A DNA stretch of 64,000 nt from a bacterium (GTDB lineage Bacteria; Patescibacteriota; Dojkabacteria; JAKAPS01; JAJZLI01). The translations under genes were made by a program, and so were the position numbers. A model generated the notes under the pieces. That model had not been told where the DNA came from, made no database searches, and saw nothing but the letters and a program-made list of their open reading frames with translations. Positions 59,034-64,000 of this stretch are shown piece after piece (the stretch's first letter is position 1; each line of letters starts with the position of its first letter). The stretch lies in assembly GCA_021816845.1 (NCBI GenBank), contig JAKAWT010000001.1:262087-326086 (forward strand), written 5' to 3'.

Positions 59034-59878
59034 AGGTATTGAAAATAATAGTACCAATAGTTATATTAATAGGTTTGGTGTATCTATATATAAATTTCCA
59101 TCCCACTCATCCTAATGTGACTGTTGTTAAAACTAAAAGTACTACTATAATACCTAAAGTTTCTTTTTATATAAATACAAATATTAAAATTCAAAAAGCT
59201 AAATCTATTCCTATTATAAATCCAAATAATAATAAGACTTTTTATTATACAAGTTTAAAAAATCCTTATACTGTAGCAACAAATCTTGGTATATCATATC
59301 CTCCCATATTATCAAAAAATGGTCAGATATCATGGACTTCTTCAACTAACTCCCTCATATATTCGAATGGTTCTTTCTTTTATTCTGTAAACTTAGGTTC
59401 TAAAGGGAGCATATCAGAGTATATAAATAATATCTTATCTCAAATAACACCTCAAGGTGTAAGTTATAAGAAGGTTACTAATATAACTCAAAATGAAGTC
59501 ATAGTATATGTCTATCCAAAAATAACTAATCAGTATATATATCTTACTGATGGTAATAAATTTTTTTATACATTTATATTTTATCCAAATGATTCTATAA
59601 AGAGTTTTAATATATACCCACTGACCCTATCTAAGAGAAAAGGCCAATCTTTAAATGTTACAAATCTAGATAATAAAACCCTAAAAAATTTAGGTCTCTA
59701 TGTAGGAGCTCCTGGTGTAATTTCTAATGTCACCATTACTTCTGAAGATTCTGGATATTTCTTCGATCCGCAAAATAAGGTAATTATTCCTGTTTACATA
59801 ATTTATGGGAATGCTGATATAATAAATTTAGGTATTAGAAATTTTACACTTTATGTTCCAGAGGTTAAAACTATATAA
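59030..59878 (+). CDS. Membrane-anchored exported protein
   Basis: N-terminal TM, ATGA overlap, C-terminal IIPVYIIYG. Confidence 0.7.
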   Translation: MKVLKIIVPIVILIGLVYLYINFHPTHPNVTVVKTKSTTIIPKVSFYINTNIKIQKAKSIPIINPNNNKTFYYTSLKNPYTVATNLGISYPPILSKNGQISWTSSTNSLIYSNGSFFYSVNLGSKGSISEYINNILSQITPQGVSYKKVTNITQNEVIVYVYPKITNQYIYLTDGNKFFYTFIFYPNDSIKSFNIYPLTLSKRKGQSLNVTNLDNKTLKNLGLYVGAPGVISNVTITSEDSGYFFDPQNKVIIPVYIIYGNADIINLGIRNFTLYVPEVKTI

Positions 59879-62216
59879 ATTAATAATACTTTTTTTTACA
59901 ATTTCTATTTTTATAGTAATAGGTAAGAATACTTATGCTGCAAGTAATTCTTGTGGAAATGGAATAACAAATATTCCTCAGCATATGGCAGTATCATGTA
60001 ACACTACACCGTTACAATTTAATGTCCCTGTATCTGTTGTTGCAGGGAGTGGAGGGTATGCAGTGTCTGGGAGTGCAACATTGAATGTGGGGTTTCCTCA
60101 AAATATACCACTATTTCAGTTTTTAGATTCAGTATCTTCAGTTGGTACAGTAGATCAATCTAATTCTTACCTTGATAATCTTTATCAACCATATGGTTAT
60201 TTTGTAGAAAAAACTAATATCAATCCAAATGTAAATTTTAATATACCATCCTCTTCAAATGGGGTTGGTGCCATAGACGTTCCTTCTAGTTGCTCATCCG
60301 TTTCTGGTGTTCAATGTAGCGTTTTATCTACTTCGGGGGCAAGTCAATATGCATATTTTGCTGTTCCTGGTATAGGGAAAGCCGTTGATTTATTTACATT
60401 GGGAAATATGTTCACAATTTCTGGTTCACCATATACTCAAAGTTTAAACAACCTTTCATCACCTTTTATATCAAGTACCCCACAAAATCCAGTTGGTACA
60501 TGCACTGGTAGTTCTAATGGGTGTATAAACAATGAGATGCCTTTGGCATACAAATTAACAACTACATATGGAAACAATCCATACAATCCTGCCGATAACG
60601 CTCCATTGACTACGCTTGCAACCGCTGGGGTAACAGTATTTGATTGGTTTGGTCAATTGTTAACATGTAATTTTATTCTACAATATGGGTGTCAGTTTAC
60701 ATCTTCTGGGATACCACCATACTGCAGTAAGTATATATACCAAGTAAATCAATCTAGTCCAATAACTACGTCAAACCTTCCTTACTGTCCAGTAACAGGG
60801 TTTAGCATTAATGTGTCCTTTTCTTGTCAACAATATGTTGGTCCTGTAACAACTTTAGAATCGGAGTTAAATTCTACTAATCCTCAAGATACACAGCGAA
60901 TAAAGACTCTAGAAAGTGAACTTGCTTCTGCAGAAGCAGCACTCAATTCTTGTATGAATACATTACAAGGATTCCTCCAAAATGGAATCCCAGTTAGTTT
61001 TAATACAAATTTGTATTTGCAGGGACTAAATAGAATTCTTGCAGATGAATGGTATGCAGAAGCTTCATTAGATGGAGGACCTGCTATAGGACATACAAAT
61101 ACTAAGGCTTGGGATCAATATGTAAATCCATACACAGATGAGTTGTATCCTGCTTATCAGAAGATTTTAGATCAAGGCCCTTCTAATCCTCAATATGCCT
61201 CTTTAACAAACTTATTATTTTTGGGCATAGGAGAAAATGTCCCGGTTAGTATATCAGTGACATCTTCCAGTGGCAGTACAGGAACTTCGACTACTACTTT
61301 CCCTGTATCAAATTTTTATTTTCCATGGATAGGAGATGCACTACAGATTCAGCAGAATTTAGCCATACATAATTTTCAGCCATACTTTAATAATGGGAAT
61401 ACCAATAATCTGCCTAAATTAGCCCAGGGAGAATATTACATACAAAACAAATCACAATATCCAGATCCTCTTCTGCTTTATCTCTTATATGTAGGAGCAT
61501 TGTCACCAACTGATCCTGTAGTACAAAATGCACTTGGATCTTATCCAATAAGTACTATTTTACAAAGTTCAACAGGAGGTGGTTCCGGAGGTGGTTATGG
61601 AGGTGGTCCAACGAATACTTCTGGTAAATATAACCAACAAGCATGTGATCTTGCGTTGACTATGGCACGTCCATCAACGATAAGTTTGTCTTTATCAAAA
61701 TTATTACAGTATGCAAATGATTTTCTTGGTGCTAATTACTCTGAGAATAGAGATTTTTCTAGGTGCTATCCTAATGCTGCTCCGGGTGTATACCCAGGGA
61801 TTGATTGTTCTTCTTTTGTTGCGACACTGTATAAAGATATGGGTATTCCTCTTGCTCAAGATTCTACTACTGAAACACAGTATTCATATAGCCAAACGGC
61901 CTTACATATATTTACAAACTTAAATGATGTTGCTGCAGGAGATTTGATATATTTTTATGAGCCGGCAGATGCTCCACAGGCTCCTCCTCAACATGTTGCA
62001 TTAATATCAAGGTGGAATGGTCCTAATAATTTTGATACCATTCAAGCTACTTATCCTGGAAATGGTGTTGTGAATGATAATTATACTAAGAATGTCCCAC
62101 CATTATGCCTCACTCTACCTGGAGGTGCGGTACCTTCTGGGGGTTCATTATCTTCTGGAGGTAATGGTAGTTGTATAATGGGATTTGCTAGTCCTAGTGC
62201 AGGACAATTTAACTAA
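59853..62216 (+). CDS. Secreted Cys-rich protein with C-terminal NlpC/P60 peptidoglycan peptidase domain
   Basis: Signal peptide (..TYA), Gly linker, then GIDCSSFV..LY, T..QY, AGDLIYF, HVAL, IQA. Confidence 0.85.
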   Translation: MFQRLKLYKLIILFFTISIFIVIGKNTYAASNSCGNGITNIPQHMAVSCNTTPLQFNVPVSVVAGSGGYAVSGSATLNVGFPQNIPLFQFLDSVSSVGTVDQSNSYLDNLYQPYGYFVEKTNINPNVNFNIPSSSNGVGAIDVPSSCSSVSGVQCSVLSTSGASQYAYFAVPGIGKAVDLFTLGNMFTISGSPYTQSLNNLSSPFISSTPQNPVGTCTGSSNGCINNEMPLAYKLTTTYGNNPYNPADNAPLTTLATAGVTVFDWFGQLLTCNFILQYGCQFTSSGIPPYCSKYIYQVNQSSPITTSNLPYCPVTGFSINVSFSCQQYVGPVTTLESELNSTNPQDTQRIKTLESELASAEAALNSCMNTLQGFLQNGIPVSFNTNLYLQGLNRILADEWYAEASLDGGPAIGHTNTKAWDQYVNPYTDELYPAYQKILDQGPSNPQYASLTNLLFLGIGENVPVSISVTSSSGSTGTSTTTFPVSNFYFPWIGDALQIQQNLAIHNFQPYFNNGNTNNLPKLAQGEYYIQNKSQYPDPLLLYLLYVGALSPTDPVVQNALGSYPISTILQSSTGGGSGGGYGGGPTNTSGKYNQQACDLALTMARPSTISLSLSKLLQYANDFLGANYSENRDFSRCYPNAAPGVYPGIDCSSFVATLYKDMGIPLAQDSTTETQYSYSQTALHIFTNLNDVAAGDLIYFYEPADAPQAPPQHVALISRWNGPNNFDTIQATYPGNGVVNDNYTKNVPPLCLTLPGGAVPSGGSLSSGGNGSCIMGFASPSAGQFN

Positions 62217-62219
62217 ATT

Positions 62220-62909
62220 ATGAACTTAAGTACACTAACAATATATATACGAAAATACTGGATTCTTATTATAGCTTTACTATTTTTAGTACTGCTATTA
62301 TTTATATTTTTTAATAAATCTACACCTTCATTTAATTTTGATACAAGCATTAATTACCAACAAATAGGTCCAAAGGGTGGGTCATATACACCACTCGGAT
62401 ACCATGTAGATTCTTTCTCTGGCACATCCTTTTATTCTAAAATTCTAAATCAACAAGTTAAGTATTTTAAAATATCTTCTGGCGAGACGATAGGATATTT
62501 TATCAACAAAGGTAACACTCTTAATAAATATGAAAACAATCCTTTATATCTAGGATATGCTCTTTCATATGATATTTTTAATATACCAGTTCCTTCTTTA
62601 GAACAGGGGAATCTAAACTATTATACATTCTTGTTAAATCATTTTGGGTCTATCCCCTCTTATCTAATATCAAAAAATATCTACTCTTATCTTAAATCAA
62701 ATCTTAATAAGTTTTACTCTGCAAATCCTATATTAGAAAAAATCAATATAATTAACTATTCTAAAGGAAATCAGTATAATATACTGTATTCCTATAATCT
62801 ACTTCCTTTGCTGGCTCAAGGTGGGGTGAAGTATTATAATAAAAATATTGATATAATTATCAATAAAAAATCTGGAAGTTGGGATATAACTAGCATAAAA
62901 ATTTTATGA
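62220..62909 (+). CDS. Membrane-anchored exported protein
   Basis: N-terminal TM, in operon. Confidence 0.7.
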   Translation: MNLSTLTIYIRKYWILIIALLFLVLLLFIFFNKSTPSFNFDTSINYQQIGPKGGSYTPLGYHVDSFSGTSFYSKILNQQVKYFKISSGETIGYFINKGNTLNKYENNPLYLGYALSYDIFNIPVPSLEQGNLNYYTFLLNHFGSIPSYLISKNIYSYLKSNLNKFYSANPILEKINIINYSKGNQYNILYSYNLLPLLAQGGVKYYNKNIDIIINKKSGSWDITSIKIL

Positions 62910-63631
62910 GGAAACTAAATCTTTTACTTATTGCTATTTTTATAGACATTATCTTTATAAGTCTTGCCGTTGTTTATGTACATGCGAGCACTTATGAAAT
63001 ACCTCCAGAGAATAGAGGGTACCCTTTAAATTTATATTCTGGTGGTAATTCTGGAGTAGGGACGATATCTGGTGCTCCAATTCCAGTACCAGCTGGTTAT
63101 TGTCCAGAGCCTTTCACTGTGAATGTTCCTCTTATCTCCACTCAAGGGATTCCTTTACAGCAATCAGATTTCACAGCAATGTTTAATTATTTACAGAATT
63201 TTGGAAGTAAGACAGTAGCAAAGGCCAATCAGATTGTAGTAGCTTGTCAGATATCTCCTGGTTTGTACAAATGTGACCCTAGATTTATTGCTGCTATATG
63301 GGGACAAGAAAGTAGTTTTTCTACTGGAGTAGGTGCAGGAGAAAGTTTTAATTGTTTTGGTGGAGAACCTCAATCCTTTGGGCCAGAACTTAATTGTGCA
63401 ATTAATTCATTTCTTTCTTATTACAGAACATTTAATTTGGAAATGCAGTCTCAACAAATAGCTGTTGCTGGAGCAGGAACCTCTGCTGCGTGCAAAACAA
63501 CAGATCTTTTTACCTATATGATGGAAGAATATACTCCCATAAACGGGAGTTTTGGAAACTCATCGACTAGGTACAGCTTACACTTTTTTCTGAGTAAATT
63601 TTTAGGGTCTCAGGCAATTGTTACAGGGTAA
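62906..63631 (+). CDS. Exported lysozyme-like / SLT-fold protein
   Basis: Signal/TM, then DPRFIAAIWGQESSF with the catalytic Glu-Ser motif of lysozyme-like glycosidases, N.FG and Y.P. Confidence 0.65.
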   Translation: MRKLNLLLIAIFIDIIFISLAVVYVHASTYEIPPENRGYPLNLYSGGNSGVGTISGAPIPVPAGYCPEPFTVNVPLISTQGIPLQQSDFTAMFNYLQNFGSKTVAKANQIVVACQISPGLYKCDPRFIAAIWGQESSFSTGVGAGESFNCFGGEPQSFGPELNCAINSFLSYYRTFNLEMQSQQIAVAGAGTSAACKTTDLFTYMMEEYTPINGSFGNSSTRYSLHFFLSKFLGSQAIVTG

Positions 63632-63634
63632 ACT

Positions 63635-64000
63635 ATGAATATTAATTTAACACTAATAAAAAAGAATGCAAGATATATAATACTTATAGTAGGATTAATC
63701 TTAATTATATTTTTAATTTTTATTCTGTCACGACCAAGTAGTTCTAATAAAGTTATTCCTATTGGCGTCCCTATTGTTAATAAGAATAATTTTAATCCTA
63801 AAGCTCTAAATTATAATTCTACGAATTTCAGTATTAAATATGTTCCACAAAATCAAGCCTTTGGTAACTTAAAAGGAAATACAGTTTATATTCATATAAA
63901 GAATATAGATTTTGCAAATCCTTCAGGGGTTATCGCGCAAGAAGATAAATATGTTGCTCAAGCTAAAGCGATACTCCTTAAATATGGAATAAATCCTAAT
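63635..64000 (+). CDS. Membrane-anchored protein, 3'-truncated by the window edge
   Basis: ATG 63635, MNINLTLIKKNARYIILIVGLILIIFLIFIL..., open to the window end. Confidence 0.75.
   Translation, partial: MNINLTLIKKNARYIILIVGLILIIFLIFILSRPSSSNKVIPIGVPIVNKNNFNPKALNYNSTNFSIKYVPQNQAFGNLKGNTVYIHIKNIDFANPSGVIAQEDKYVAQAKAILLKYGINPN

Noticed and set aside
1-64000. Alternative genetic code 25 (TGA=Gly, as in Gracilibacteria/SR1)
   Set aside because: Conserved genes are full length under code 11, and TGA acts as stop in ATGA overlaps (28065-28068, 28622-28625, 59030-59033).
1-64000. tRNA, rRNA or riboswitch genes
   Set aside because: Intergenic regions are short and AT-rich, and no cloverleaf or conserved RNA motif was recognised by eye. 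A covariance-model search was not run.

Overview
AT-rich (roughly 30% GC by eye) bacterial chromosome segment using genetic code 11 and spanning the replication origin (dnaA-oriC-dnaN). The gene content suggests a Patescibacteria/CPR genome, possibly Microgenomates/WWE3/Dojkabacteria-like (inference). It holds a sortase, two paralogous VirB4/PrgI T4SS-like operons separated by an AbiEi/AbiEii toxin-antitoxin pair and a bactofilin-like gene, type IV pilus genes with no secretin, a pentose-phosphate cluster, hrcA-grpE-dnaK, rpmH-rnpA-yidC, and a ~12 kb envelope operon (VirB6-like protein, 1571-aa membrane protein, NlpC/P60, lysozyme-like protein). The most striking unexplained signal is a dispersed family of 15-bp-period micro-arrays built on the perfect 12-bp palindrome GGATCTAGATCC. 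These sit in-frame inside unrelated genes (virB4, PrgI-like genes, grpE, pgi, an AAA ATPase, pilin leaders) and are read as GSRSx, xDLDP or QGPQx pentapeptides. Many unrelated 15-nt (5-aa) tandem duplications also occur in housekeeping genes (rnpA, rsmA, dnaK, dnaA). No rRNA, tRNA, CRISPR array, transposase or integrase was recognised.
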